From Acidimicrobiia bacterium (GTDB taxonomy: Bacteria; Actinomycetota; Acidimicrobiia; Spongiisociales; SHLN01), in contig JBFGAX010000006.1 in NCBI GenBank assembly GCA_041567895.1, positions 2,330 to 66,329 on the forward strand: 64,000 nucleotides of DNA, written 5' to 3'. The notes under the pieces are model-generated. The model did not search any database and was not told the DNA's origin. It saw only the letters and a list, made by a program, of their open reading frames with translations. Positions 29,214 through 39,900 of this stretch are shown piece by piece (within the stretch, counting starts at the first letter, position 1; each line of letters begins with the position of its first letter). The position numbers were made by a program, and so were the translations under genes.

Positions 29214-30776
29214 ATGGCCGAAGCGGACTCAGGAAGCATCTACATGACCTATGAACGAGAATCCGAGGGTGACCCGGAGATGAGTGTTCCGGCCGCGCGG
29301 ACAGCCTCGCGGACAGCCGCGGCTACCACGCTGAAGTCAACCGTGTTCGGGCGCCGTATGCGGTACTTCAGAAAACGAGCAGGACTGACGCTTGACGAGC
29401 TCGGTGAACGTGTTGGGAAACCGGCGCCCTATCTCTCCACGATCGAAACCGGAAAACGTGATCCCAGGATAGGACTGGTGCGAGAGATTGCATCTGCACT
29501 GGACATAGATCAAGCACAGCTGCTGGTTGATGCAGCTCCCACCGAACGGGACAGGCTCGAGTTGGCGCTCGAGGATGCCCAGCGGCATCCGGCCTACGCC
29601 GAATTGCGACTCCCTCACCTCAGGCCTGGAGCCAGCGTTCCCGATATGGCGCTCGTGCACCTTCTGGAGTTGTTCAATCGACTCGTGGCGTCTCGTGAAC
29701 GCGTTCCCGATGCGATGCAGAGAGTCACGACGCTCCTCCGCACGGAAATGGCCGGCAAAGACAACTATCTGGCCGACATCGAGACGCTTGCCCGTTCCGC
29801 TCTGGCCCGGACCTCTTATGTCGGAACGGGCCCGGTTGCCCAAGCCCAGCTGCTCGAAATGGTCGGGAGTTTCGGGTTCACGATCGCCCGCGTGGGTGAC
29901 CTTCCGAAAACGACCCGATCGATAGCCGACCTGGCAAATCGGGTCATCTACCTTCCGCAACGCGATGCTCTTCGCACCCGTGACGCCAGATCCGTACTAC
30001 TGCAGACGCTCGCCCATTTCGCCCTCGACCATGATGATCCCCAGGATCTCGAGACGTTCCTGAGGCAACGTATCGAGGCCAACTATTTCGCAGGTGCGGT
30101 GCTTGCCCCGGAGGAGGCTGCTGTTGCATTCCTGCGGACGGAACAGGAAAGCCGCAACCTCTCGGTAGAAGATCTGAAGGAAGTCTTTTACATCTCATAT
30201 CAGATGGCAGCCCATCGGTTCACGAATCTGGCGACCCGGCACCTGGAGATTCCGGTACATCTCGTACGGAGTGATGAATCAGGTGTCATATGGCAGGTAT
30301 ACGAGAACAATGGTGTTCCCCTCCCCAGGGCAGCAGATGGAAGCGTTGAGGGCCAGCGCCTTTGTAAACGGTGGGGCACGCGTGCTGTGTTCACGTCCCC
30401 CGACAAGTACTCGCTGCACTACCAGTACACCGACACGTCGAACGGCACGTTCTGGTGTGCGTCGCACATCATCGTTGACAGTGAACCGCTCCACGCGATC
30501 ACCGTTGGTACGGACTTCCAACACGTTCGGTTCTTCAGGGGGCGAGAGACAGAACGACACACGGAAAGTGGTTGTCCTGACCAGGCATGTTGTCGTACGC
30601 CGTCGCCCGGACTCGTAGAGCGCTGGGGGGGCCATGTGTGGCCGTCGGTGATAGGTCGCAGCTATCCCGGCGCTCCGGTGCCCGGAGCATTTGCCGGAGT
30701 TGACATGGTCGAAATCTTCGAGTTCCTCGACCTGCACTCGCAGCCGACATCCCCACCACCTCATCTCAAATCCTGA
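29214..30776 (+). CDS. RamB-like XRE-family regulator of acetate metabolism (ScfR/short-chain fatty acyl-CoA regulator family; HTH_XRE + ImmA/IrrE-like DUF955 + DUF2083)
   Basis: The HTH is STVFGRRMRYFRKRAGLTLDELGERVGKPAPYLSTIETGKRDP. The protein is about 500 aa and divergently transcribed from aceB, the arrangement known for RamB in Corynebacterium and Mycobacterium. Confidence 0.75.
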   Translation: MAEADSGSIYMTYERESEGDPEMSVPAARTASRTAAATTLKSTVFGRRMRYFRKRAGLTLDELGERVGKPAPYLSTIETGKRDPRIGLVREIASALDIDQAQLLVDAAPTERDRLELALEDAQRHPAYAELRLPHLRPGASVPDMALVHLLELFNRLVASRERVPDAMQRVTTLLRTEMAGKDNYLADIETLARSALARTSYVGTGPVAQAQLLEMVGSFGFTIARVGDLPKTTRSIADLANRVIYLPQRDALRTRDARSVLLQTLAHFALDHDDPQDLETFLRQRIEANYFAGAVLAPEEAAVAFLRTEQESRNLSVEDLKEVFYISYQMAAHRFTNLATRHLEIPVHLVRSDESGVIWQVYENNGVPLPRAADGSVEGQRLCKRWGTRAVFTSPDKYSLHYQYTDTSNGTFWCASHIIVDSEPLHAITVGTDFQHVRFFRGRETERHTESGCPDQACCRTPSPGLVERWGGHVWPSVIGRSYPGAPVPGAFAGVDMVEIFEFLDLHSQPTSPPPHLKS

Positions 30777-30996
30777 ACAGCACGGTAGAGTGATTTGATA
30801 CAGAATTGTTGCGCGCGCTGCGTGGTGATTCTGTAGATTGATGCACGGAAAGACTTCCTGGCCTTGGCCTGCAAATTCGCTGTCATACGAAACCGGGTGG
30901 AGAAACGACCCTGTGAACGGATGCCCCGACACGCAGAGCTTTGACCGGGCGAACCTCTTTGGCGGAGGCGTTGGCCGTCGAAGCGACCATAAACGC

Positions 30997-31086
30997 ACCA
31001 TGGGTGAGAAGCCACATGGTGAGAAGACACATGGTGACAAGCCACATGGTGACAAGCCACATGGTGAGAAGCCACAGGTTGACAAG
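30997..31086 (+). repeat. Tandem repeat, 15 bp x 6 (accatgggtgagaag / ccacatggtgagaag / acacatggtgacaag ...)
   Basis: The repeat lies in the + frame of a small ORF (the ATG inside unit 1 gives MGEKPHGEKTHGDKPHGDKPHGEKPQVDKIQNGKGLRGL). The ORF stop at 31117..31119 is 5 nt before the start of the 31125 gene. The region is AT-richer than its surroundings. Confidence 0.7.
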
Positions 31087-31124
31087 ATCCAAAATGGAAA
31101 AGGGTTGAGAGGGCTATAAAGCCG

Positions 31125-31808
31125 ATGCGGGGAAACATCCAGACGTTTTTGACCGGGGTGACGACTCTGCTGTTTGCGACCATGTTCTTCGTGGCGCGCG
31201 ATCAGCTCGATGATTTGACCGTTGAAGACGGTCCTCTCGAGAATCTCACGGCCCTCTTGTATCTTCTGGCTGCTGTCCTGTTCGTGTTCGGCCTCAGACG
31301 GCGGTCGGCGGGTCCGGTTTGGCTCGCCCTCCTGGCAGTGGCCTCCTTCTTCGTTGCAGGCGAGGAAATCAGTTGGGGTCAACGCATCTTCGGTTGGTCA
31401 ACCCCGGACGGAATCGCCGTCATCAACGTTCAAGATGAAACGACGATCCACAACATCGCCGGGATCCACGGCAACATTCGGGCATTGGCCGTGATTTTCG
31501 TTGCGGCGTTTTGTGTCATGCTTCCGATCAGCAATCGGTTTGTTCCCGCTTTGCAGAACTTTTACGCTCGTTGGCGCATCCCCATCTTTCCCATGGCTGC
31601 TCTTCCCTGGGTGGTCATGGCGATCGGTTTCATGCTGGTTCCCCGCCTGCTTGGCGACCACGTCGGGTCTCTAGACGAAATCGGAGAAACGGCACTGGGC
31701 CTTGCCTTCGCAATGTTTGGCTGGGTCTATGGGCGAACCACGACCCGTCAGGTTTCGATACCGGTAACAGAAGCGACCGGCACATCCGAATTCCAACAGG
31801 CCAGTTGA
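31125..31808 (+). CDS. Hypothetical integral membrane protein
   Basis: The protein is 227 aa with about 6 TM helices (TLLFATMFFVARDQL..., LTALLYLLAAVLFVFGL..., ALAVIFVAAFCVMLPI...). No family was recognised. Confidence 0.55.
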   Translation: MRGNIQTFLTGVTTLLFATMFFVARDQLDDLTVEDGPLENLTALLYLLAAVLFVFGLRRRSAGPVWLALLAVASFFVAGEEISWGQRIFGWSTPDGIAVINVQDETTIHNIAGIHGNIRALAVIFVAAFCVMLPISNRFVPALQNFYARWRIPIFPMAALPWVVMAIGFMLVPRLLGDHVGSLDEIGETALGLAFAMFGWVYGRTTTRQVSIPVTEATGTSEFQQAS

Positions 31809-31809
31809 T

Positions 31810-32295
31810 CTAGTCGCGCAAGTTGGTGAATTGCAGCGGCAGCGGTAGGTCCAATTCCTTCACCGCGGCCATCGCAGTCTGTAGATCGTCCCGCTTCTTG
31901 CCCGTCACTCGAAGCTGGTCGCCCTGAATCTGAACTTGAACTTTGAGCTTCAGGTCCCGAATGTGTTTTGAGATGGACTTGGCGTGGTCCTGGTCGATTC
32001 CGGCATTGAGTTGGAAAACGGCGTGGGCGCGCTGACCGCCGATCTCCCGGGGTTCTCCGTCCGACAACGTCTTCAAGGAAACCCCTCTCTTGACGAGTTT
32101 GCTCTGCAGGACGTCGATTGCGGCGTCTACCCGATCGACTGTGGAAGATTCGACGGTGATCGACGAGTCACCGAGTGTTACCCGGGTATTCGTGTCCTTG
32201 AAGTCGTACCGATTGATGACCTCGCGATTGGCCTGATCAACTGCGTTGCGCACTTCCTGAGTATCGACCTCGCTCACGATGTCAAAACTGGGCAT
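31810..32295 (-). CDS. yajQ: YajQ family cyclic di-GMP-binding protein (UPF0234)
   Basis: MPSFDIVSEVDTQEVRNAVDQANREVINRYDFKDT...GKKRDDLQTAMAAVKELDLPLPLQFTNLRD is the canonical YajQ of 161 aa. Confidence 0.8.
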   Translation of the reverse strand: MPSFDIVSEVDTQEVRNAVDQANREVINRYDFKDTNTRVTLGDSSITVESSTVDRVDAAIDVLQSKLVKRGVSLKTLSDGEPREIGGQRAHAVFQLNAGIDQDHAKSISKHIRDLKLKVQVQIQGDQLRVTGKKRDDLQTAMAAVKELDLPLPLQFTNLRD

Positions 32296-32402
32296 GGCCG
32301 GGAGATTACCCGGAACATGTTCGGGCCGGATATCGTTAGGAAGGGGTACCGTGTTTCACCGAGTTCCAACGGGTCCGGTGGGGCGTCTCAGTAAGGAGAA
32401 CC

Positions 32403-32798
32403 ATGGAGAACATGACCGACACAGATTGGCGGGAGAAGCTCACGCCGCAACAGTTCGACGTGCTGCGAAACGCCGGCACCGAGGCACCATTCACGGGTAT
32501 CTATTGGGACGAGAAGCGACCGGGTGTATATCGGTGTGCCGGTTGTCAGTCGGATCTCTTCGTTTCTGACACCAAATTCGAATCCGGGAGCGGCTGGCCA
32601 AGCTTCTGGGAGCCGATTTCCGAAGATGCTGTGAAGCTCAAGGAAGACAAGAGCCATTTCATGACGAGAACCGAGGTGGTCTGTGCTACCTGCGATGGAC
32701 ATCTGGGGCATGTGTTCAACGATGGACCACAACCCACCGGCCTTCGTTACTGCATGAATTCGGCCGCGCTGGATCTCGAGCCAATATCCGACGACTGA
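32403..32798 (+). CDS. msrB: Peptide-methionine (R)-S-oxide reductase MsrB
   Basis: It has the two CxxC zinc motifs ([21 protein letters not shown]) and the catalytic motif [11 protein letters not shown] (Cys form, not Sec). Confidence 0.9.
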   Translation: MENMTDTDWREKLTPQQFDVLRNAGTEAPFTGIYWDEKRPGVYRCAGCQSDLFVSDTKFESGSGWPSFWEPISEDAVKLKEDKSHFMTRTEVVCATCDGHLGHVFNDGPQPTGLRYCMNSAALDLEPISDD

Positions 32799-32816
32799 GC
32801 CCTTTATAATGTCACG

Positions 32817-33179
32817 GTGACGAAACCACCGGCCAAACTATGCGCATGGTGCGGCGCTCTCATGCCCGACCGTTCCTCAAGTGGGCGCCCTCGCAAGTAT
32901 TGCAGGCGGTCGCATCGCCAACGCCATTATGAGGCGCGGCGGTTGGCAGCTACCAAGGGTTTGGCACCCGATCACGTCCTCATATCGCGCGCAACATTGC
33001 ATGAATGGCGAGATCTCGTATACACGCTGGCAAGCGTGATCGAGGACGTGGAACAGGATCTGGAAGTGTCCTCGACGCTCAAGGACTACACCGAGGCATT
33101 CGTGCATTTGCATGAGACGGCTTCGGCCGTGTCACGATTCGGGGTTGAGCCTCTAGCGGTTGCGGATGAGCCCCGCTAG
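32817..33179 (+). CDS. Hypothetical protein with N-terminal zinc-ribbon-like motif (CAWCG...RKYCRRSHRQRHYEARR)
   Basis: The 120-aa protein has CxxC ... KYC followed by a basic stretch and then an acidic helical tail. Confidence 0.4.
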   Translation: MTKPPAKLCAWCGALMPDRSSSGRPRKYCRRSHRQRHYEARRLAATKGLAPDHVLISRATLHEWRDLVYTLASVIEDVEQDLEVSSTLKDYTEAFVHLHETASAVSRFGVEPLAVADEPR

Positions 33180-34303
33180 AAACCGGAAGCTGCCTTGTAA
33201 TCGTTCAACATGTCCAGGTTTTCCTGGATGAAGGCGCTCTCGTACTCCGCCCTTACATCGGCCTGAATCACTTTGAGATCCTCTGAACACTCATAGGCAG
33301 CGACGGCGGTCTTCACCTCTTCCTCATTGATCGCTCTGATCTCGGCCGTGGTTGCCTCGTCGAATTGGGGTTCCTGATGGAACTGAGCGAAGAAATCCTC
33401 TTGTTCTTCCATCGGCGTGTTTTCGAACCACAGATTGATCTCGTCTTCCGTCCATCCTTCAAAGGGGTCCGTGTAGTGCTGTTCCATCGCCATCCAGAAT
33501 CGCTCGGCCTCCATGTAGAAGTGTTCCTGCGGCTCTGAAGGCGTCTGGTAGGTGAATCCCTTGTCCGACATGCACGAGGCCCACTGCTCGTTGGCTTCGA
33601 TCATCCGGGGATCGGCGGAAATCTGCTGTTCGAGCCGTTCGAATTCCTCCCAGATATCGCTGAAATCCCGTTCTGAACCCTCATCCGGTATGCCGTAAAT
33701 CTCGGCCGAAGCCTGGTTGTAACAGCCGTTGCCGGCATCAAACCGGAATTCTTCTTCGGTGTATTCGCCGGTCTCGGGATCGATCGCCGGTTCGTCGTAT
33801 GTGCCGTACAGGTCTTCGTAGTATTGCTCACGCTCGATGTCGGACAGCGAGTCGACATAAGCCTGATTGGGATCCTCGAATTCCTGTTCGGGATATTCGA
33901 TATCTCGCCACGGATCGTCGAGGATGAACGTAGTTGCACCGAAACCCCACTGAGCCGCCCATTCGGCCTCACTGACGTCCGCAAACGGATCGAAGTACTC
34001 GTATTCGAAACTTCCGTAGTCGACGGGCCGATATTCCCAGCCGAGCCCTGCCATGCACGCCGCCACTGCTTCCTCAACCTGACGCTGGCGTTCTTGATCG
34101 GCGGCCGGATCGTATTCCTGACTCCACCCGAAAAATTCTTCCAGGGTCGAGGCCTGTACGTTTTCGCCCGGGTTGGTGCTCGCGGTCGAGGACGCGGAGC
34201 CGGTGTCGGAAGGATTCTCAGCAGTTCCACCACCGCAAGCGGCCGCGACGAGCGCCAAAACGACGAGCAGCGCCGCCAACGGCCTGGTAAGAGACTTCAC
34301 CAA
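33176..34303 (-). CDS. Highly acidic secreted lipoprotein, hypothetical
   Basis: The signal peptide with lipobox is LVAAAC. The 375-aa protein is very rich in E/D/Y/F/W (EYEYFDPFADVSEAEWAAQWGF...) and contains a few Cys pairs. No family was recognised. Confidence 0.6.
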   Translation of the reverse strand: MVKSLTRPLAALLVVLALVAAACGGGTAENPSDTGSASSTASTNPGENVQASTLEEFFGWSQEYDPAADQERQRQVEEAVAACMAGLGWEYRPVDYGSFEYEYFDPFADVSEAEWAAQWGFGATTFILDDPWRDIEYPEQEFEDPNQAYVDSLSDIEREQYYEDLYGTYDEPAIDPETGEYTEEEFRFDAGNGCYNQASAEIYGIPDEGSERDFSDIWEEFERLEQQISADPRMIEANEQWASCMSDKGFTYQTPSEPQEHFYMEAERFWMAMEQHYTDPFEGWTEDEINLWFENTPMEEQEDFFAQFHQEPQFDEATTAEIRAINEEEVKTAVAAYECSEDLKVIQADVRAEYESAFIQENLDMLNDYKAASGF

Positions 34304-34384
34304 CTCCTCCTATCGTCATCGAATTCTACGTCGATATGACGCAACGAACGGGCTCCTGGTTCCCCGGTTGGCGGGTACCGGGCG

Positions 34385-34771
34385 CTATCTGGCGTAGTCG
34401 TCGTCGGACACTTTCTCAGGCAGCCACTCGGTGGCTCCTCCTGTCGTCAGCGAAAGATGCATCATGTGCGTGTGATCGGTTGAGCCGTGCCAGTGGATCT
34501 CACCCGCAGGCGAATACACGACATCGCCGGCCGAGACGACGGCGGTTTCCCCGTCCCGGTTCTGGACCTTGCCGGACCCGGATGCGATGTAGAGAACCTG
34601 TCCTTCAGGATGGGTGTGCCAATCGGTTCGAGCCCCGGGAGCGAAATGAACGCCCAGCGCATTGAGTCCGGGGTCGGCCACCTTCGACAACGCACCGAAC
34701 CACACATCACCTGTGAAGTGCTCCTCGGGTGCAGGTTCCCAGCTGATGTTCTCTGCGGGCGTATGGTCCAT
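34385..34771 (-). CDS. Cupin domain protein
   Basis: GVHFAPGARTDWHTHPEGQVLYIASGSGKV...GDVVYSPAGEIHWHG are the two cupin motifs. Confidence 0.7.
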   Translation of the reverse strand: MDHTPAENISWEPAPEEHFTGDVWFGALSKVADPGLNALGVHFAPGARTDWHTHPEGQVLYIASGSGKVQNRDGETAVVSAGDVVYSPAGEIHWHGSTDHTHMMHLSLTTGGATEWLPEKVSDDDYAR

Positions 34772-34991
34772 GATTGCTCCTCTGGTCGGGACCAGGCGAC
34801 ACTAGCGAGAGCGTGAGCGCGATTTATTCTTCAGCATGGTGGCTGCGTCCATGGGTACCATCCCTGCCGCAAGATTTGGGGATTGGGAAGGGCTAATCAC
34901 TATTTCGAACTACGGAAGACGATTGCGCGATCGTCCGGGGCGAGTGCCGTTGCGAATACCGCGAACGACCATCTGGTCGTTCAAACCATTC

Positions 34992-36932
34992 ATGCTTCTG
35001 GTCGTTTTGATGGCTGGTTTCTCCGCAACATTTGCCGCCGGCGCCGCTTTTGCAGATGCGACGGAACGACCCTCGTTCGTGAATGCGAACACAGGCGAGT
35101 GGCTGGTGTCGATGGACGGCGGCGCTCATGGTTCGCTCTACTACGGCTCGCCCGGAGATCAGCCACTGGTAGGTGACTGGGATTGTGATGGCCTCGCCAC
35201 CCCCGGCGCCTATCGATCGAGCGATGGCTACGTATATCTACGTAACACCGTAGACACCGGGCCGGGCACGGTGCGCTTCTTTCTCGGGATGCCAGGTGAT
35301 ATCGCACTAGCGGGGGACTTTGACGGTGACGGATGTGACACGATATCGATCTACCGTCAAGCGGAGGGTCGGGTATATGTCGCCAATTCTCTCGGGGCAG
35401 ATGATGGATTCTTTGTTGCGGATTACGACTTTTTCTTCGGTGCGCCAGGCGACACACCGTTCGTGGGAGACTTCGATGGCGATGGGTTCGACACCGTTGG
35501 TCTGCATCGCGAATCCACCGGGTTCGTCTATTTCACCAATGACGTGAACCCGGCTGGATTGGCGCGAACACACAACAGCTTCTTTTATGGGGAACCGGGC
35601 GACGTCATCACGGCCGGCGACTGGAACGGCGATGGCATCGACACCGTAGCGATCCTGCGCCCGGCGGATGGAAACTTCTACGTGCGGTTCTCGAATTCGC
35701 ATGGTCCCGCTCAGGAGGTCCTGCCTGTCCCCGAAGGTCAGTGGACACCGGTTGCTGGTATCACCGCGGTACCTGACGCCATCCCGGTTCCGGAGGAGCC
35801 CGATCCTGAGGAGTCGGGTCCGGTTGTCGTGCATCCTGGCGACCCGCTCGCCGATATGGTCAACACGCGCGGGCCAGGAACTGAATTCTTGATCAAAGCC
35901 GGTGTTCACGTCGGACACGCGCTCTTCCCGGCTTCGGGTATGAAGTTCATTGGAGAGCCCGGGGCTGTTCTAGACGGTGGAGGCACCCCGTTCAACGCGT
36001 TCTTCGGCGCAGACGGCATCGACGGTGTTGAGATTCGTGGACTTGAAATACGCAACTACCGGGTGGGTCTCTTCGATGGCGCCATCAGCGCTCGTGTCGT
36101 CGACGATTGGACGAGCGAAGGGCGCGACTGGCTCGTGGTGGGGAACAACATTCACTCCAACGGCGGTGCCGGCATCAGCCTGGGTTCCGGCATGAGGGTC
36201 ATCGACAACGTCATCCACGACAATCGACAGATCGGCATCAGCGGTATCGCTGACAACGACACCCGCTTGGATCGGATCACCATCGAGGGCAACGAGATCT
36301 ACAGGAACTCCATGAACCCCGACTACGAATTCGGCTTCCATGAAGGCGGTATCAAGACGCTGTTCACGTCGGACCTCCTCGTGCGCAACAACGACATCTA
36401 TGGCAACGGCGGGGTGGCTCTGTATTGCGATGAATTATGCGAATCAGGACTCATCGAAAACAACAGCATGTACGACAATTGGGGCAGGTCAAACGGTGGC
36501 GGCGTATTCCTCGAACTATCCGAGGACATGGTTGTCAGAAACAACTTCATCGGGTCGGGTGGGCACCTGACCTACCCGTATGCGATCCGATTCTTCGGCG
36601 GAATCACAATCGGAGAATCGCACAACATCGTGATAGAAGGCAACCTCGTGGAGGTCAACGATGCCGCTGGCATCGTTGTGCGCAATTGTTGCAGTGAGCG
36701 ACGTGATCCGTCATCGGGAATCGTGGTCGACTCCAACACCGTGCGGTCAACCGATGGTGGTCCGGTAACCGTGGGACTCACCGACGGCAACTCATCCGTT
36801 GATCTCATCACGTACCGCAACAACAGCTATGTCGGCAACGTCGACTTCTATTGGAATGGATCGTGGCTCGGTTTTCAGTCGTGGCAAGATATCGGCCAGG
36901 ATGTGGCGGGAAGCTCGAGTTTCAGCAGTTAA
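34992..36932 (+). CDS. Secreted protein: N-terminal four-fold FG-GAP-like Ca-binding repeats (paralogous to the C-terminus of the 10435..14004 protein) + C-terminal right-handed parallel beta-helix (PbH1, pectate-lyase-fold) domain
   Basis: The signal peptide is MLLVVLMAGFSATFAAGAAFADA. Four repeats follow (YYGSPGDQPLVGDWDCDGLAT..., FFLGMPGDIALAGDFDGDGCDT..., FFFGAPGDTPFVGDFDGDGFDT..., FFYGEPGDVITAGDWNGDGIDT...). The C-terminus has beta-helix rungs (NNIHSNGGAGISLGSGMRVIDNVIHDNRQIGISG...NNDIYGNGGVALYCDE...). Confidence 0.75.
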   Translation: MLLVVLMAGFSATFAAGAAFADATERPSFVNANTGEWLVSMDGGAHGSLYYGSPGDQPLVGDWDCDGLATPGAYRSSDGYVYLRNTVDTGPGTVRFFLGMPGDIALAGDFDGDGCDTISIYRQAEGRVYVANSLGADDGFFVADYDFFFGAPGDTPFVGDFDGDGFDTVGLHRESTGFVYFTNDVNPAGLARTHNSFFYGEPGDVITAGDWNGDGIDTVAILRPADGNFYVRFSNSHGPAQEVLPVPEGQWTPVAGITAVPDAIPVPEEPDPEESGPVVVHPGDPLADMVNTRGPGTEFLIKAGVHVGHALFPASGMKFIGEPGAVLDGGGTPFNAFFGADGIDGVEIRGLEIRNYRVGLFDGAISARVVDDWTSEGRDWLVVGNNIHSNGGAGISLGSGMRVIDNVIHDNRQIGISGIADNDTRLDRITIEGNEIYRNSMNPDYEFGFHEGGIKTLFTSDLLVRNNDIYGNGGVALYCDELCESGLIENNSMYDNWGRSNGGGVFLELSEDMVVRNNFIGSGGHLTYPYAIRFFGGITIGESHNIVIEGNLVEVNDAAGIVVRNCCSERRDPSSGIVVDSNTVRSTDGGPVTVGLTDGNSSVDLITYRNNSYVGNVDFYWNGSWLGFQSWQDIGQDVAGSSSFSS

Positions 36933-36976
36933 CGTCAGGCCTGTGCATCTTTCGATAGAACGTTCCGCATCCGGCC

Positions 36977-39900
36977 GTGAATAGCTACGCGAATCCCAAA
37001 GGGTCCTTTTCGAGGGTCGCGATCATCAACCGCGGCGAGGCCGCAATGCGTCTCATCCATGCCGTAGACGAAATAGCTCGAGAAGAACCACATCAGCTCC
37101 GCTCCATCGCCTTTCACACCGAAGCCGAACGCAAGGCCATGTTCGTGCGAGAAGCCCATGAGGCAGTGCGTATTTCGTCGGACAAGGGCAATCCTTATCT
37201 CGATTACGAGGCTTTGAGAAAAGGCTTGATCGACTCGAAAGCCGACGCAGCGTGGGTTGGATGGGGTTTTGTGGCGGAGCACCCGGAGTTTGCCGACCTG
37301 TGCGCCGAATTGGGGATCACGTTCATTGGCCCTCCTGGCGATGTGATGCGCCGCCTTGGGGACAAGATCGGCGCCAAAACGCTGGCCGAGAGTGTTGGCG
37401 TGCCCGTCTCCGCATGGAGCAATGGGCCTGTGTTGGATGAGGCCGACGCCCTCGCTCATGCTGAGCGAATCGGCTATCCGCTCATGGTCAAGGCGGCAGC
37501 CGGGGGAGGGGGTCGCGGTATTCGTCGCGTCAACGACGCATCTGAAGCGGCAGTTGCCTTCGCGCGGGCCAGCGCAGAGGCGTTGGCGAGCTTCGGAGAT
37601 CCCACGGTATTCATGGAGAGAGTTGTGACGGGCGCTCGTCATGTCGAAGTGCAGATTGCCTCCGACCACCATGGGAATTCCTGGGCTCTTGGCGTCCGGG
37701 ATTGCAGCGTTCAGCGCAAGCACCAAAAGGTCATCGAGGAGTCTGCATCGGTGGCTTTGGATCCTGATCAGGTCGCCGAGCTGGGCGAGGCGGCCGTAGC
37801 TCTTGCCAAGGCCGCCGAATACCGAAACCTGGGCACCGTTGAGTTCTTGTATCAGCCTCAAGAACGCCAGTTCGCGTTTCTGGAGGTGAACACCCGTCTT
37901 CAGGTCGAACATCCGGTTACAGAACTCACAACTGGACTGGACCTCGTGAAGCTTCAGCTCGAGCTCGCTGCAGGAAAGCACTTGGAAGGTGCTCCTCCGC
38001 ACGAGTTCGGCCACGCGATCGAAGCCCGTCTCAATGCCGAGGATCCCGAACACGGATTCGCGCCCGCACCCGGTGTCATCGAAGTCCTCAGTTTTCCTGC
38101 GGGTCCGGGTGTGCGTGTCGATACCGGAGTGGCCGAGGGTGACGAGATACCGTCGGATTACGACGCCATGATCGCAAAGATCATTGCCTGGGGAAGAGAT
38201 CGTGATGAGTCTCGCAGGCGGCTGGCGAGGGCGCTGTCCCATACAACGGTGGTGATCCAGGGCGGCACCACCAACAAACCATTTCTTCTCGACCTCATCT
38301 CCAGACCGGAGTTGATTTCGGGGGATTTGGATACGGGGTGGGTTGATCGTTTGACGGCGGCGGGCGAACACATCAATCTCGCATACGGCGAGGTCGCGCT
38401 CATCATTGCGATGATTGATGCCTGGGAATCCGAAACCGCCGCCGAACGAGCCGCGTTCCTGGCTTCCGCCGATCGGGGGAGGCCTTCGGCGGTGACAACG
38501 GTTGGTAAGAGTATTGAATGCTCGTACCGAGGTGAGAACTACGAAGTTTCCGTCCATCGGCTCAGTCCCACGAGATTTCAGGTTGGCCTCGATGGCCGGC
38601 TTGTTGAAGTTGACGTGGAGAGAGTTGGCCGGGTCGAGTCGAGGCTCACCATCAACGGCCGCATCTACGCGACCACCTCGGTCATTCACGGCGTCGACCA
38701 CCTCGTGGAGGTCGAAGGTGTCGCTCACCGGATATCGCGGGATGAAGGGGGCGTCATACGTGCCCCCGCTCCCTCCCTCGTCGTTTCAGTGACGGCCCGG
38801 GAAGGCGCGGACGTGAAAAAGGGCGATGCGTTGCTGGTCGTGGAGTCCATGAAGATGGAGACAACGCTCAACGCGCCATTTGCCGGTCGTGTGAGAGAAG
38901 TGCTTGTTGGTTCGAATACCCAGGTGGATGCCGGCGCACCGCTGATACGGCTGGAACAGGTTGCTGAGGATGATGAAGAAACCGTCGATCTCCCCAGGGT
39001 TTCCTTCTCAGAGCTAACCGGCGATCGGCCGGGCGATCCAACAGGAAAGCACCGTCTCCTTGATCTCCTCGAGCGCCTCAGGTGGGCAGCCGTCGGGTAT
39101 GACGTCGACCCCGAGCGGATCGCAACCTGGGCTTCTGAGTACGAGGAATTGAGAACAACGGTGGAGGCGGACCACGAAGAGATCCTCGCCGCCGAATTGG
39201 CACTTCTTGGTGCCTTCACCGATGTGCTTGCACTCAGCCGCAATCGCGCCTCGTCGACGTCCGAGCGCTCGGTCGAGCACAGCGAACAGGAGTACTTCCA
39301 TAGATACTTGCGTTCGTTGGACGTCGATGCCGAGGGATTGCCAGAGTCCTTCCGTCTCAAACTGTTGCGGGCGCTCGGCCATTTCGGCAAGAACGATCTC
39401 GAGCAGGGTCCGGACCTCGAAGAAGCCGTCTTCGGCATTTTCCGTGCTCAGCAACGATCCCGGGACACCGTGCCGATGATCAGGGCGATCCTCAACAGTG
39501 AGCCGGTTGAGCTCCACGATGTGAGCACGGCCATGCAGGATCGACTGCGGTCAACACTGGGTGATCTCATAACAACGACGCAGGTGCGGTTCCCGATCGT
39601 TGGCGACCTGGCACGAAGTCTGCGTTTTCGGACATTCGACGAGCCTGCGATTCGTGCATCATCGGAGCGCGTTATCGAACAAATGCGGCGCTTGCTGACG
39701 GAGTTGCGCAATGACCCGGAAGGTCCGGACTATGCGCGCCGGGTGGATGAACTCGTGCAGTGTCCAAGGGCGATCGTCGAACTTCTGGCCGATGAACCGG
39801 GCCCGGCGGCCACAGACCCGTTTCTCGAAGTCATGACGCGCCGCTACTACAAGACCCGCGACCTCGGGGATATCACGCTCGACGCAATCGGAGCGTTTCC

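Noticed and set aside
30279-31382. 367-aa minus-strand ORF spanning the ramB 3' end, the tandem repeat and the start of the next gene
   Set aside because: It is antisense to RamB and to the membrane-protein gene. The translation is low-complexity (repeats of HHV/ACH arising from the 15-bp repeat).
36935-38728. 597-aa ORF antisense to the multidomain carboxylase
   Set aside because: It lies entirely within a strongly supported coding region on the other strand. Long antisense ORFs are expected in high-GC DNA. The translation has no recognisable domain and a low-complexity Arg/Gly/Pro bias.
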